Source: Raillietiella orientalis (lineage: Eukaryota). From it: DNA of 64,000 nt. The stretch's first letter is position 1, and every line of letters begins with the position of its first letter. Under the pieces are notes generated by a model. The model made no database searches, had not been told where the DNA came from, and saw nothing but the letters and a program-made list of their open reading frames with translations. Position numbers and translations under genes: made by a program. Positions 22,377-35,842 of the stretch are shown here, piece by piece. The stretch is from positions 2,046,001 through 2,110,000 of the forward strand of contig JAYWIR010000029.1 in NCBI GenBank assembly GCA_036172245.1, in the 5' to 3' direction.

Positions 22377-25300
22377 GAGTAAGCTCTTTTCCTGCAAAGG
22401 GTAAAGTGCCTCAATTGATACGTAAAACAAAAAAAAAAACACAAAAAACAAAATGAAGGGTTTCCGCAGCTGGGGAGAGCAAAGTTTGCAGAGGAGCGTG
22501 GAACCAGAGGCAACGGTTTCTTCTTAAAAAAGAATTGGTAAATAAAAATGCGCGTCCTCCCCCCTCCTCAGAAGAGCCTCCTCCTCTTGGGTTCGTGGGA
22601 AAGCTTAAGGGCGCTTGGTTTTCCGAGGAGGGAGCGGTCCGAATGGTCTTTCTTCGATACTCTTGATGCACGACCCTGTGCAGAAGGGGCGGCCCTCGTC
22701 CAGTTCCCCTACGAGGGGGAAAAAACAGCAACACGAAAAAGACGTCCTGCTTGTTTGGGGGGGGGGGGGGAAGCGGCTCGGTTTGCGGGTGGATGCACGA
22801 GTGTGGCACGCTGGGACGCCCGCCGGAGCGCCGAAGACGCAAACCTCCCGTGTACCATTCCTCCTGTCTGGCATCGTGGTGACCCGCCGAGAGCACCTAC
22901 GCGAACTGCAAACGAAGCTCGCGGGCCGCGGGAAAAACTTGGGCACAGGAACTCTCGCGCGTCTCCAAACACCGCGAAGGGACTCTTTTGCTCCTAGGAA
23001 GGAGAAGAGGGATGAATGCCGCGGGCTCCCACGCGCATCAACTCCCCATCCGCTTCTTCCGTGCTCCCGTCGGACCCTTGTCTGCTCTTTCAGCCTCCCT
23101 GACCCCGAGGGATAGGCGCTCCAAAAGCCCCCAAAGGCTTGAAGTCCTCCGAAGGTCTCGCTCGCCAAGCGAGGTCGCTGCTGCCCACTCGTTTCCCGGA
23201 AACGAATCCCTGCTTTTACTCCCCGGGGGTTTCGACTCCGGCAAGGCACCTCCACTCTTCTTCGCCCGGAAGAGGGTGGAGGGGAGGCCACGCGGCGGCC
23301 TCCAGGAAGGCTTCCCCTGGGGTTTCCCGGAGCTGCTTCAAGAGGAGGCTGCCGACGTCGGTGGGCGGGGCCGGGACGACCGGAGGGAGGATGCAGCGAT
23401 GACGGAGACCTTGAGTCTCGCGGTAGGGGGTCCTGTCGGAACGCGTTGGACGGCCTTCCCGGGATCGGTCAGCTCGCGCTCCCTCCTCTCTCTGCGTCTC
23501 TCCGGGAAGGCGCTTACTCGGATTTCGGGACATACAGATGCCACAGCGAGAAAGGAGGAGCCGAGATCCGAGAGGGAGCTCCGCCTGTCCTTTCTTCCGA
23601 GGAACTTCCGGGAGACGGCCGCCGTCCTCGCGACCGGATCTTCCCTTCCTCATTCTCTTCCCTTCCCCGGGAACGCGCACCTTGCTACGCCCACACGTCG
23701 ACGCCCCCACCTGCGCTTTCTTGGTCTTCGGAGGGCGGGCGGCACGAGAGGGCGAGGAAGGGACGGAAGAGTCCTCCCCCTCCCCCGCCGAGTCGGAAGG
23801 AACCCGGGAGACGGGGCTGCCTCCCACCGCCGTGGCTCGCCTCCTGCTCCCAGGGATCCCAGGGGCTGGGGAACGGGCAGTGGGTGCGCGGGTGCTCCAG
23901 GAGAGGGAGGAAACGTCCACTCGATCCACGCGCCCGTGACTCCTCCGGGAGGAAGGAGGTTGCCGCAGACGTGCCAAGGTCCCTCGGGACGCGAGAGCGC
24001 GAGGGTCACTCGAAGGAGGGAGCACGCAGCGCTGGCGAAATTCAAAATGGCGGCGGAGGGAGGGAGAGCCGGGGCGAGAGGGCGCTGCGTGCGACGTCCC
24101 TCCTCCTCAGGAAAGCGGGATTTTTTTTCCGGAAGAGGACGGCCTCCTCCTCTCACGTCCTCTCACCTCCGGAGCAGCGGCAGGGAGGTGGCAGCGGGAC
24201 TCTCTCTCGTCGCAGCTTCCGCGGCGGCGGCAGGAGCAGCAGCAGTCTCGCGTCCGCTCAGTTTCCGCGCCCGCGCGCGCCCGCGGCGACAAGTCTCCCG
24301 CCCTTCCTGACCCATAACCTTCTGAACCATCCCCCCGTTCCGGAGGACATGGGTCCGTCGCGTCCGATGTCCTCCCCGCGGCTTTCCGACCGGAGGACGT
24401 CCCTCGAAGGTTGCAGGGAGGAGCAGGGGCAGGAAAGGAAGGAATTACCGTGTCGCTCCCCAGCTCTGACTCTTCCGGGACGTCGCCTCCGGACGGCACC
24501 TCCGGTCCCGCGCAGCCTCCAAGTCAACCCGGGAGGAAGGATCGCGGCCCTCCGCGCGAGCTCTTCCCTGGACGTTGGGAAGGAGGAGAGGGAGGAGCGT
24601 CCCCCCGAGCGGCAACCCATCCTTGGGCTCCCCCTTTCGCCCCACCCGCTGTTCCCAGTGGCGAGCGCCCCCTGTGGGGGAGGCGGAGGATGAGAGAGCG
24701 GCAAAAGGAGGCACTTGCTGAGAGGCAAGCGGGGTCCGGATCGAAGGGGGGGCAATGGGGGAGTGACGCCTTCCCTCTCCCCCTAGTCTCCCAGGAGCAG
24801 TCCGCGTACGCCCTTGACGACGGCCGTGATCGCGCGGTGTGTCTCCCACCCCACCGGAAACACGGGAGGAACACCACGCTGCTCGCTCGCCTCCCGTTCA
24901 TCCCAGCCGCCCTCCCGCTTTCTTCGGGAAAGGAAAGGGCGGCGCCTGCGAGCCACCTTGCGGCGCGCGTGCAGCGTTTTGCGACCGCGCCGCGAGACGG
25001 CTCTCCGGAGATCCCGCGAGCGGAAGCGGAAAAGCTGAGAGACAGAAACGGAGGAGGAGGGGCGACCGTGGGCGGGGAGGGAGAGAGGTAAGGGAGGGGA
25101 GAGAGAGAGAGGCGGAGCGCAGTCCGCGGGGTCTTTTCCGAGATCGCGTTGCCGCGATCTGGTCCGCCGCTCGGGTGACCCACATTCGGTGGCGGCCTCC
25201 CCCGAAACCGTCGCGCGCATGTCGGAAACCTCGGAAAGGAGAAGGAGAGAGGGGGGGGGGGAGAAAGAAAGGGGAAGGGAGGAGAGGATCCTGCGCTTCC

Positions 25301-28300
25301 TCCCCCCCTCCTCCCGTTTCTGCGGAGGACTGCGGAGGGCGGCCGGACGCGAAAGTCTGCCGGCACGTCCTCAGCGGAGGAGGCGGCGCTGCTGCCTGCG
25401 CGGGACGCTCGCGGCATGCGAGGCGCTGTCAGGAGCTGGGTGTGGGGTGAAGGGATGCGATTCCCGCCCGCCCCAGCGTGGGGCACCGTAAAGGCTCCGC
25501 CTCTCGCGTCGCCTGAGGCGCCCTGTGGAGGGGAGTCGCGGGAGGGAACGAGGGAGGGGGAAGGAGCGGGAAGAAGTAGAGGATCTGAGCATCTGCGCCG
25601 GGGGCAGCGGAGGGGAGCCCTGAACCGAACGAGAGCATGTGCATCACCTGGAGAAGGTCGCGGGGGTCCTCCTCGAGGAGGTTGCCATGGGGAGGGGAAG
25701 CCTTCGAAACGGCTCCTGCAAGCGGTTGTGCCCCCGATCCCCACTCATCTGGAGCACAGTCACCGCCTCCCTCCCTTCGGAAGAGGGTAAGAGGGGAGAG
25801 CCTCGTGGGAACGGCCTCCGTTGCCGGGGGCAACGGACCGGAGAGGTTTGGGCGGAGGGAAAGCACAACGGGAGGAAGTGGCCGTAGTCGGGAGACCGTA
25901 CGTCGCCGTCGTCGTCGTCGCTGCCGCCGTGGTCGCCCGCGAGAGGGCTCGCGAGCCTCCCCGTGGCGAACTCGCGCAAAAGGCTGAAAAGGGGTCTCAC
26001 CGGTGGGATGCCGTGGAACGGACCTCCCGGGATGGCAGGGGCTCTCCTCGGTGCTGCAGTCGCCACTCAGCAGCCTCCGCACCCGACGGCGTCTCGGGGG
26101 ACGCGCGCCGCCGTAAAAGCGAACGCGAGGCTCCCTCCGAGTTGCCGTGGCGGCGGAGGCTGTTAGTAGGTTAGCGCGACCGGCGGCTCGCTCGGGTTTC
26201 CGGTGGCAGCCTCCCCCCCTCCCCGGGAGGTTGCTCCTCCCCTCCCCTTTCACTCCCTGTCCTCGGAAACACGGAAGCAAGCGACCGGGAAAGGCTAGGA
26301 AGGACCGACCGGGAGAGGGCGACCTTTCTCCTGAGCCCCCGTGCGGGAAATGGCTTCTCTTTCCGTTCCTTCCTTTCCTCTCCTACCCCCCGCTCTCCCC
26401 CGGGGATCTCCCAGAGGGAGAGGGAAAGGGAGATTATCCTTCCCTATCCCCACCCCGTTCCCGACGCGCTCCGCGTGAGCTCCCTAGGGTCTCCCTTCCA
26501 TTTTTCCCGCCCTCCTCCCTTTCGCCGTGACGCCCTCGCACCCTGGGGCGAGGAGGAGGAGGACGCTCCCTCCCTCCCTCCGTCGCGAGGGGACACCTCG
26601 TGCGTCCTCCTGGTGGGAGGCTCCTCGAAGGGGCGTTTCGTCTCCTCTTCACGTCTCCCCGAAGGGACAGATCGTGGAGCCCCCTCCAAGGCTCCGTTCG
26701 CGTGCAGAGGGGAGACTCTTCCCTCTGCGTCCGTAGGAGATTCTAAGATGGGGCTCCCTTCCCCCTTCCTCTCATTCTTTCCGGAAGGGGGTAAACGTCG
26801 CGAGGATGGTCGGGGGGAGGCCCGCGGTGTCGACCGCCTCGCGTCCTCTGCGGGCTACCAGAGAAACCCCTCGCCCCCCCCCCCCTTTCTCGCCCATCGG
26901 GCCGGGCGCCGCAAGCGCGAGCGCACCTCCTCCTCCTCGGGCAACCGCTCGGAATGCGCGCTGCCCCGGGAGATGCATCAGCAGCATCCGTCACCTGGCG
27001 ACGAGACCGGGGGATGCGAAGTAGGTCAGATGGAAGTGGCGCTGCTCGCGATGTAGGCGAGACGCCATTGCGGCTGCCGCCGCCGCCGCCGCACGACCGC
27101 CTGGGGGCGTCGACACCGGCAGAAGCGGGCGGATGGTCAGGCCGCTCAGGGGTCAGTAGTCAGTCGCGGGAAAACGGCGACCCTTCCGCGGACCTCCAGG
27201 TCCCCCTCCACCTTCCCCAAAGTTGCACTTCCGGGTCGAGAAAGGGGACTTTGCGCCCCTTCCGAGACGGCGCCCGCGCTCTCCTACGCCTCCTCCGGGA
27301 ATGTCGGGTTTCCAGGCTCATTTTCAGCCTGCTGGCAAGGCCTGAAAATGACCATCTGCTGGTCCGGAGGTCCCGGGGAGCGACCGAGCTTCTGTCCCCC
27401 GCTTTCCCCCAGAGGGCTGCTTCCTATCCCTGGGTGGTGGGCTCTGCGCTGACCTCGCGTGTCCTCCATCTACCCCTCCTCCGGAGGAATACACTCCCCT
27501 CCTGAGAAATTCGGGGAGCACAGGGAAAGGTGCGGTTCAGCGCCCGCAAAGGGACCACTGACAGTGTCGTAGAGGCGTCCTATCGCGGGAACCGAGAGGG
27601 TCCGTGGGTCCCAAGGGACCACTTCTTCAGTGAGCCTGCAGCTGCCTGTATTCGCGAGGAGGATGACGCCAAGAGTTCAACTGCGCCACCTGGAATTCTT
27701 CAGCAAGAAGAGCGGCACTCAGTCCTCCACGCGATGCGGACCGGTATGGGGGTCGCGGCCTTCAGTTCAGTCGAGGGGGAAGCGGGGGTAGGAGTGGTGG
27801 AAATCATGAAGAGGGGACAGAGTTCAAGCTTTCGAAGGTGGCCGTGCTGGGACGCAGCGTGTCTGCCGTGTCCCATCCCCCTTCTCATGACTTCTTAGGA
27901 GCTCTTAGTAGGGGCTGGTCGTGGGCCGCCACGTAGGGCACGCGTAGGGTAGGATTCGGTTGCTTCTCTCTCCTTGAGAGTCGCCGTTTTCCCCCGAAGG
28001 GGGGCCAACAGACTGCTTCTTGCGAAGGTTCGGGGGAGAAAGAAACGGCACGGTGGCGCACGCGGTCTTGTGACTTGGTATGGGGACGTTCCTGGACGGG
28101 ACAGCATGGCACGAACTTAGGGGTCAACCGGGACGCTGGAGTGGTTTCGGTTAAACGAGAAACATCGCGCGGGAGTCACTTGGATGCGCCGAGGCAAATG
28201 GGGCCTCTTTCTCTTTGGAAAAGAGAGCAGCATTAGCCCCCCCTCCATCATTCCATTCCCTGCTTCCTGGACCTCCTCTCGCGAGATTCGGGATCAGAGG

Positions 28301-31300
28301 TGAGCAGCAAGCCGGGCCTCGCTCCTTTGGAACCGACGTGGTGGGCATCTTCCCTCTCCTTCCCTTCTTTCGGGACAGAAAAGCACTGGGATAGGGAAGA
28401 CCTTTTCCTTCCCCATCGCGCCTTCGAGATACCGGTTTCTTCCCCCCTTCGAAGGGCCCAGGTGCTTCCTTCCGGGACTCCTCTCGCGGCTCAAGGACCC
28501 ACGATCTGCTGCCGGTGAGCAGAATTGTCTGAATAGGGGACTCCGGAGGAGTTTTCCGACTAGAGGAAAATCCCGAAACTTCAGGGGTTGCTCGGGACAG
28601 AGGAGCACCCGCTGCTTCCAGCTTGACGCGGGTGGCGTCACGTGCTCTGCATGTACCGGAACCAGCTTGTCCCTTCCTCCCTCGAACCCCGAAGGTTTCC
28701 TCATAGGGGCATTGGCGGGATGGGAGACGCCCTGAAGCTGGGGAAGTGGCGACCCGTTCCGGAACTGGCACTCCAGCCGGAATGGCACTCCCTCTTTACC
28801 GAGGGATGGAAATGGAAGAACCAAGGTCCTCACAGGTCCCGTGGGTCCCTGCGGGACAGCCCAGTAGCAGCCAGTCTTTCGGGAAAGCGTGCATGGCTCC
28901 TCTTGTGGGCGTTGCCTTTATCGACGCAGAAGATTCCCTCATCTTCAGTGGCGTCGGCTCTCTTTGCCCGGTGGCGTCCTCTTCCCGGAGGCATCCTCCC
29001 CACCTTGCAACGGGAGCCCAGCAGCGGTGCTCCTGTTTCTCCGAATGGGACGTCTTCCTTTGTGCAGTTCCCCTTTGGATTTTCGCCCGATCACCCAAAA
29101 GCGTATATTGTAAGATATGTACATATATTTCAATAATATAAATTTCAGCAACGCAAAGTTCAGCAATTACTCATTTAACAAAGTGCTTTCCACCCGTGTA
29201 TTGCCCGCGAGGCTTCTTCTCGTCCGGATCCTCCTCCTCTCTGGACCAACGGAGGAAAAGAATTCTGGCTCTCCTCCAAGGCCTCAGGGAATGGGGAATG
29301 GGAATGGGGAGAAGCGGCCTGTACGTTGGCCGGGTGGCGCATACGCTGCGTGCGCGGGGGAGGAGAGGGAGGGAGAGAAGGTGGCCTGCACCCTCCGAGG
29401 AGAGAGTCACTGGTCGCGGACCCACGGGGACCTTGGCCTCCCTGGAGTGGCGGTGCATGCAGGCATGGCAAGGCAGTGCAACAAAGTGCTTCGTGATGGT
29501 ACAACGCCATCACTTCCGCATGTTCAGGAGGGAACTCGAAAGAAGCTGCCGGAAGAAGCTTCCTCCTAATTTCCCAAGCAGGGAAATTAAGAGGAAGGGA
29601 GATAAACAAAAATAAATAAATAAATACTGAACAAGAAAAGTACTAAAATGTTTGGCGGGGAAAGGGGAAGGGAAGGGATTACACATTGCTCCCGGGGACC
29701 TCTGCATATCTAAAGGGTGCCAGCAAGTTCCTCCCAATTGTGTCTCAGGAGCGGCCATCCTTAGGAACGAGAAGACGAGGGAGATGAGGGCTTCTCTACT
29801 GTTCTGTACTCGGTCTTCGTGGCTTCCAGCCTCCACGATTCCGCGGACGCAGCACGGAAACCGCGATCGCCGTGGCGGGCGATGTAGCGCCACGCCTGAA
29901 GAGGCGTTTGAATGATGCCCTCGGGTGGTCTTCTAAGAAGTTCGGAGACGTGGTCAAACGTCCCCAGACACATCGGAGGGCAGCACATTAGAAAAGCAGG
30001 TGCGACGAGGTTTCCTTTTTGTCTCCTGTCACACTGTGGAACCGCACTTAACCTGGTCCAGTGGTGGAGGAGCGCATTTCATGGAATGACCCAATGTAAC
30101 AGTCTCAACGCCGAGTCCCCCTCACTTCAGGAGCAACACGGAGTTGTCCTAGAATAGCGCGGGGATCTTCATTTCCTTCGACGGAATTTCAAGGAGATCC
30201 GCCCAGAGGAGAAGTCGTTCTCTGGGGACGGCGTCGTGGATGAAAGCGTCGTCCAGTATCCCAATAGCTCCTTCTTTCCTGCGATCTCGCAGTCTATTTC
30301 CCATATCGCGGTCTTGCGGATGTCCTGACCATCCCACAGGGACGAAAGCGTCGAGCAAGAGGGGTTTACTGGGTCCACAGGATCTTCCTCGGGCAGTCCA
30401 CCATCTCTAGTGGGCAGTGAGCGCACTGGAGAGACCGCAGGCGTTGCGTTTCCTCCAGTCTCGTGCCCCTGATCTTAGCCCACTTCTGAGCTGTTCTCTG
30501 TTTCCAGACACCACAGTTCGTCAGCGAGCAGGAGGTCCAGGTGTGGTCCAGAGTCGAGGCAACCATCCGCCAAAGCTGTCAGCCACGTTGCCGCGGCGTC
30601 TTGGATGGCTGCAGACGAAGAACGAGGCGAGTCTCTCCGGACCGGTTTCTTTCTTGGTTAGGATCCGAGCAGGCACGCATCAGCAAGTGTACCAGAACTT
30701 CGCCACCAGGGTTGCTTTCCGGGATTCGAGCTGACGCTCCACCCTCTCCAGAATCAGGACTCTGAGTCCGCAATTCCGACGTGGACTTTTTTGTCCGCCG
30801 TTCCCCTTTGGGGCGACCTTCCTTCGCGTATCTCGAAACCTCCCCATCTCGTGTTTTCAATGGGCTGACCGGAAGAGGTCATCCTGCCTGCCTCGCCAAC
30901 GGGAATGGAAACCCTTCACGATTTCCCAGGTCTCTGTTTCACCTTCTTGCTTGGGAAGCGACATCGAAAGAAGTTCCTGCTGAGTCTTGCAGTCCGGATG
31001 CGGGGAGCTTCTCTCCGGGAGACTCGGGAATCTCTGTCTCCTCCCGCTCCGGCAGCTCACGCTCGAGGGAGGTGCAAGCAGGGCTCCTCCAGGACTGGGA
31101 TCCTTCTGCGTTTCCGGGAGTCCCCGAAGCCTTCGCGGCGCAAGGTGGTGGTGGGTCCTCGAGGGCGAGAGTCTTTGGAAGGTAGGGAGGAAGATCGGGA
31201 ATGATGGACCGAGGCGAGATGGGTGGCGGGGAAGAGTGAAGCACAGTGCCAACTCCGGAAGACGATACCCGGAAGGAGGAAAAAGGCCGAAGAACCCGCA

Positions 31301-32500
31301 GCTGACCTCAGCTGGGACGCGTGTGCGGGGGAGAGCAGCCGGCGGAAGGGCGAAGCACACTTTTAGGGGAAAGCTCGGGAGGAAGAAGCTGCAAGAGGGA
31401 AGCGAAACTTTTCGGAAGTGAGGGAACACATTTCTGTGACGCTGCCCCCCTGCAGAACTTCCACGGAACAGTCATTTGGAGGACTCTTTGGAGCGCAGCC
31501 TCCATCCTCGAGGCAGTGGGGACAAACATTGCCCTCTAGCAGGAAAGCACTGACATTTGCCTTCCCATGATCTTGAGGACTGCTGGGTTTCTCCTGCATG
31601 GGCGGATATTCGGTGGAACACCGACGATGGGGATTCATTCTGAATTGCCACTCAACAGGAACAGAACGCGTGCATCCCGACGACTTGGTGTAAGCGCCAG
31701 GAGAGAAGTCACGAAACGTAAGAAACGCCACTCTTCGTTTCGAGGAGCTTCCAGCATCGCTTTCAAGAGAGGGTGTCTGGAGGTGCCACATACCGACTTC
31801 GGAAGGGATGGGTAGTAAGACCTCCTGCGAGACTTCCCAGAAAGCGTGGATCTGAAGGGCTTCCTCCTGTCTTCTTTCAAGTGCATCATTCCTCAAAATG
31901 GCCGGTTTCTTATGGGAGCCGTGGGTTGTTGTTCTTGGAGCCTCAGCCATTAGCAAGAGACCACGAAAGACCACCTCGAAAGATTCGGGGTGGTCCTCTT
32001 ATGGCTGACCAAACTTCGTTTTTCCTTAGAAAAGATCCGCAGAAGGTAAAGCTCCTGAGAGCCGGTTGAGAGCAAGAGAAACTGCTTCTGAGATGTGGCC
32101 CACGTCGGTGGTCGGAGGACGAGCAGCTTTGCGTCCATGCAGAGATGAGAATCTTTGGGATTCTCACGCTGACAAGCAAGAAGGTAGCTCTTCAATAGAG
32201 AGAAATCAGGACTGAGATCCCGGAAACATCATGGATGAACTTTATAAAGCATGCAGCGACAAGGAAACCCAGCTTTATGTCCTCACATGCCCGACACTGC
32301 TCCAGAATTGGCGCACTCTGAAAGCAGTGGCTGGCTTTCAGGGGACCTCCAAGATGGAAATCCTGCAGAGAATGTTCTATGGGATCAGAAACGTTCCCAA
32401 ACACAATCCCATGGTGAGAACAACCATCGCTCTCTTTATCACGAGTGTTATGATAAGAAGGGCAAAAAAGAGGAATACGAGGAGACTAGCACATGCTATA

Positions 32501-33230
32501 GCCCGCGTCGGAGGCCTTGTGATTAAGGCTTCCGCGTGTGGCACCATGCGTCGCGGGTTCGAATACTTCAACAGAAACTCTGACGCCACTGTGTCGTCGA
32601 GTTCCGAGTTTCTCCTGCAATGGCGCTGGCTGGCCGAGACATTCGGGCGTGGCATCGGAGGTGGATTAAGCCGGAGGCCCCCGATGAAGGCCGGAACAAT
32701 GGGAGTCGACCTTCGGGTCCTCCCAGGAATCAAGGAGTGGGGAGTTCCCCCTCCTGTCGTGCAACGGAAAGCGGACCCCCCCACCGGGGGACCCTCCGAG
32801 TCGTCGCCTCTTCACAGAGTGCAACAGGAAGCGAGAGCGATTCCCTGCGGGAAGCTGCAGCGCCCCTTCTGAGCTTCGGAAGCGTCCCTTCCGGGTTCTC
32901 TTCAGAGGAGTGAATAAAGGAGCGGTTCCCTTGCGGATTCCCTCCGGAGAAGAAATTCCTACAAGCGGATCCTTTGCGGGTTCCTTTCGGAGAAGTTGAA
33001 ATGGAGAGGACCACCCCTCCCCAGGGGGTGTCCCTCCGGAGAGAATGAGGAAGGAGATTCCCTTTGGGGTTCCCCTTCGGAGACAACCAGGGTGGGAGGT
33101 GCGATCCCCCCCGTACGGGGGGATCCCTCCCCAACCGTGAGAGGAACGGACTCCGAGCCCTTTCTGAAGTCATAGGGAGGACCCTCATCCCGGGGTGCCC
33201 CCTATCCTGAAGAATTACACGCATCCCTGC
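32501..33230 (+). mobile_element. tRNA-derived SINE-like element, copy 1
   Basis: Head with B-box GGTTCGAAT (32556-32564). Head aligns by eye to 34683-34850 and to 59441-59290 (minus); body aligns to 35360-35842, e.g. GACCTTCGGGTCCTCCCAGGAATC and exact GGGTTCTCTTCAGAGG. Confidence 0.65.
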
Positions 33231-34682
33231 GGATTGACGCGGGCGGAGGGACGTGGAAACAAAATAGTGTGTTTAATGTTTAAAAAAGAGCCACGTGCGC
33301 CGCAAGGCACGCGACCGGCTCTGAGGTACTTAGCACACGCTATAGACATACTGCAAGGAGTAATGAAACAGGAAATAGGAATCAGGAGCTGAGGTAGTAT
33401 ACCTGCTTGGACGTACATCGCTACATCTTGAAGATAGTGGAGGTGATCTGAGAGAGGGAACTGCCCTCCAGCGTCTGTCACCTTAACGAAATTGTGGACT
33501 AGTGTGCAAAGAAGCTTGTTATGTGAAAAAAGTTGTTGAATAAACCTACTCTTCCTCTGGCTGGACCGGGGACAACCGTTCTTGGAGCATCTTCTCTGAT
33601 AATCAGCCACCATCCTCCACTTCCTATCAAGATGGCGATCCCCGTAATGACGCGCACTGTATGTGGTTCAGGAGCTTGATCTGATAACATCCTGAGGGTT
33701 GCTCAAGGACGGGAGAAAGCTTCAGCACAGGCCATTTATGCATCCTTCTGAAACATCACGAAGATGTATCTGAGGGATGAACTTTGCATCCCTAAATGAA
33801 TGTGGGAGTTTCACAACTAAGTGGCTCTTTTGGAATCCAAAATGAATCAAAGAGAAAGCGAGCAAGAACACGACGTGTGTTCGTCAACTTCTTCAAAGTG
33901 CTCGCCAGTGCGTTCTCTTCCGGCAACGACAGCTCGTAATTACATCATCTGAGCAATCGCCCATCAGTGAAATGGCTTCTCGATGCGACGTGCGAAATAC
34001 TAAGTCAACTATCGAATGGGTCATCTGTTGGGGTCCCCGTGTTCCGTTCGGTAGTAAACTCTTCTGCAGAATCCCAGTGAGCCATCTGAATGCTTGCCAT
34101 CTTCGACACGGGCTAAAGGAACAGCTGATCCCTGGCTTCATCACGAAGCGGTTTTCGAGTCTTTCGAGATGAAGAATGAACTGAGAACACAGAGTAAAGC
34201 AGGCTGATGTTCCAACTCGAAGGAGCAAGGAGTGTCCTTCGTTCCTTTGAAAGTCGCCGGACAGCAAAGCACATTATGGGATGATCACGTCAACGTTAAC
34301 GAAGTCCGGCGCGCGCTTCTGAAGACCAGTTCATTTCTTTTTTCCCGAATTTTATCGCTGAAGGTCAACTATGCCGAATGCGCTTAAGGACCGCCACCTT
34401 GATCCCAAGTGTAACAAAGGAAGCCACAAAGGGAGCGTACGGCTGCCAGTGCGAGTAGCGTTCCAAGGACTTCAATAGTGTTACAGTCAGAATCTGATAG
34501 GATGTTGCGTCTCAGAAGTTCATCAGTGACGTAAGGGTCGTGGGATCTATATGGAAATGCCACTCCGATGCAACCGTCGGGTCCTCAGTAGAAAAAGGCA
34601 GGCGTGGAATCCAAAACTGACCGAGCACGAACGTCAATTCTTTCCTGATAATCGTGCTATATCAAGGATACTGATGAAGTGT

Positions 34683-35842
34683 GCCCGCATCGGCAGCCCC
34701 GGTGGCTACGGTCCAGTGCGTGGCACCAAGCGCCACGGGTTCGAATGCTCGCGTAGAGGATCGACGCAAAGAATAGGGGGTGCGTCGTGGGTTTCGAGTC
34801 CTTCCCGCAAGATGACGCTGGTTGGCCTACAGACTTCGAGTGCGACACTAGTTGACACCCAGTCACGCCTGGGCGCCTGATTATAAAAAATAAACATACA
34901 TGTCTGTGGCAGGACGTTTGATGCTGCCACGCTACTCATAACTACGAGAAGGAATCTGCCGGGAACTGGCTCGCAGGCCGCATCCCCAGCAAAGTGCTGC
35001 TGGGGATGCGGCTGGAGTAAGGGAGTCGCGCCGGAAGAGGAGCTTCAGAACGTCTCTGGAGTTGCCCTCGGGGATCCACCTGCCAAAGGTGCAGTCCGCA
35101 TTGGATGAGACTGCGTGGACGGAGGGAAAGGAAGGACGTGGGTCCCATACTGCCGGTGGCTTGCTGGACGAGAAGACATGCAGTTTGTCACCAGGTGGTG
35201 TTCCTTAGGGTTGCTACTAGGGCAAGTGTTCGAAACTGGAGCTGCAGTTCCATTCGCTCCAGCGTCCTAGGTCGCCGTCCCGGCGCAGAGTACGCAATTT
35301 TTTTAGGCAGACTCGGGGCCTCCCTTCGCCTCAGAGGGCGATCCGTGGGAGTGTGACTGGTGAAAGACGGAAGCCCGATTGGAAGTTGACCCTTCGGGTC
35401 CTTCCAGGAATCGAGGAGGAGGTTCCCTTCCAATTGTAAAAATGGAGCCGTCCGCTCCTCGGGAGACCCTGAGTCGAGTTCCATGAAGCTGGTCGATACC
35501 TCCCTCGAGAGATTGCCTCTCCGGAGTATAAGTGCTGCCAGAATATTGCCAGAGTATAAGAAGCGGCTCCGATTTCCCCTCGGCGAAGCGCCCCTCAGAG
35601 AAATCGGGAAGGGTCCCTTCAGGGTTCTCTTCAGAGGGAGCAAGAAGCGGTTCCCTTTAAAGAAGAGAGGAGTGACCCTCTCTCAGGAAGGTCCTTGCAA
35701 AGAGAACGAGGAAGAGGTTCCCTTCGGAACCTCCTATCAAGTGCAAGAGGAACGACCTCCTTCCATCGGAGCCTACTTGGATTCACAGGGTGGTTTCCTT
35801 GGGGTTGTCCCCTAAGTTGAGGAGTTACATACGCACCCTCGG
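34683..35842 (+). mobile_element. tRNA-derived SINE-like element, copy 2 (interrupted by about 500 bp at about 34850-35355)
   Basis: gcccgcatcgg...GTGGCACCAAGCGCCACGGGTTCGAAT; second box GGGTTTCGAGTCC at 34789-34801; body resumes at GATTGGAAGTTGACCC (35377); 3' end similar to copy 1. Confidence 0.65.
34977..35012. repeat. Perfect inverted repeat (15-bp stem, 6-nt loop)
   Basis: GCCGCATCCCCAGCA-aagtgc-TGCTGGGGATGCGGC. Confidence 0.9.

Noticed and set aside
22988..26280. Several overlapping 280-440 aa ORFs
   Set aside because: Open on multiple frames and both strands because of very high GC; no domain motifs or codon bias recognised
32501..32575. Functional tRNA-His gene
   Set aside because: No intact acceptor stem or cloverleaf; it continues into a shared repeat body, so it is treated as a SINE head
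32690..35842. LTR pair flanking an internal retrotransposon region
   Set aside because: No TG...CA ends, PBS/PPT or gag/pol remnants seen; a third dispersed copy and the tRNA-like head fit a SINE better
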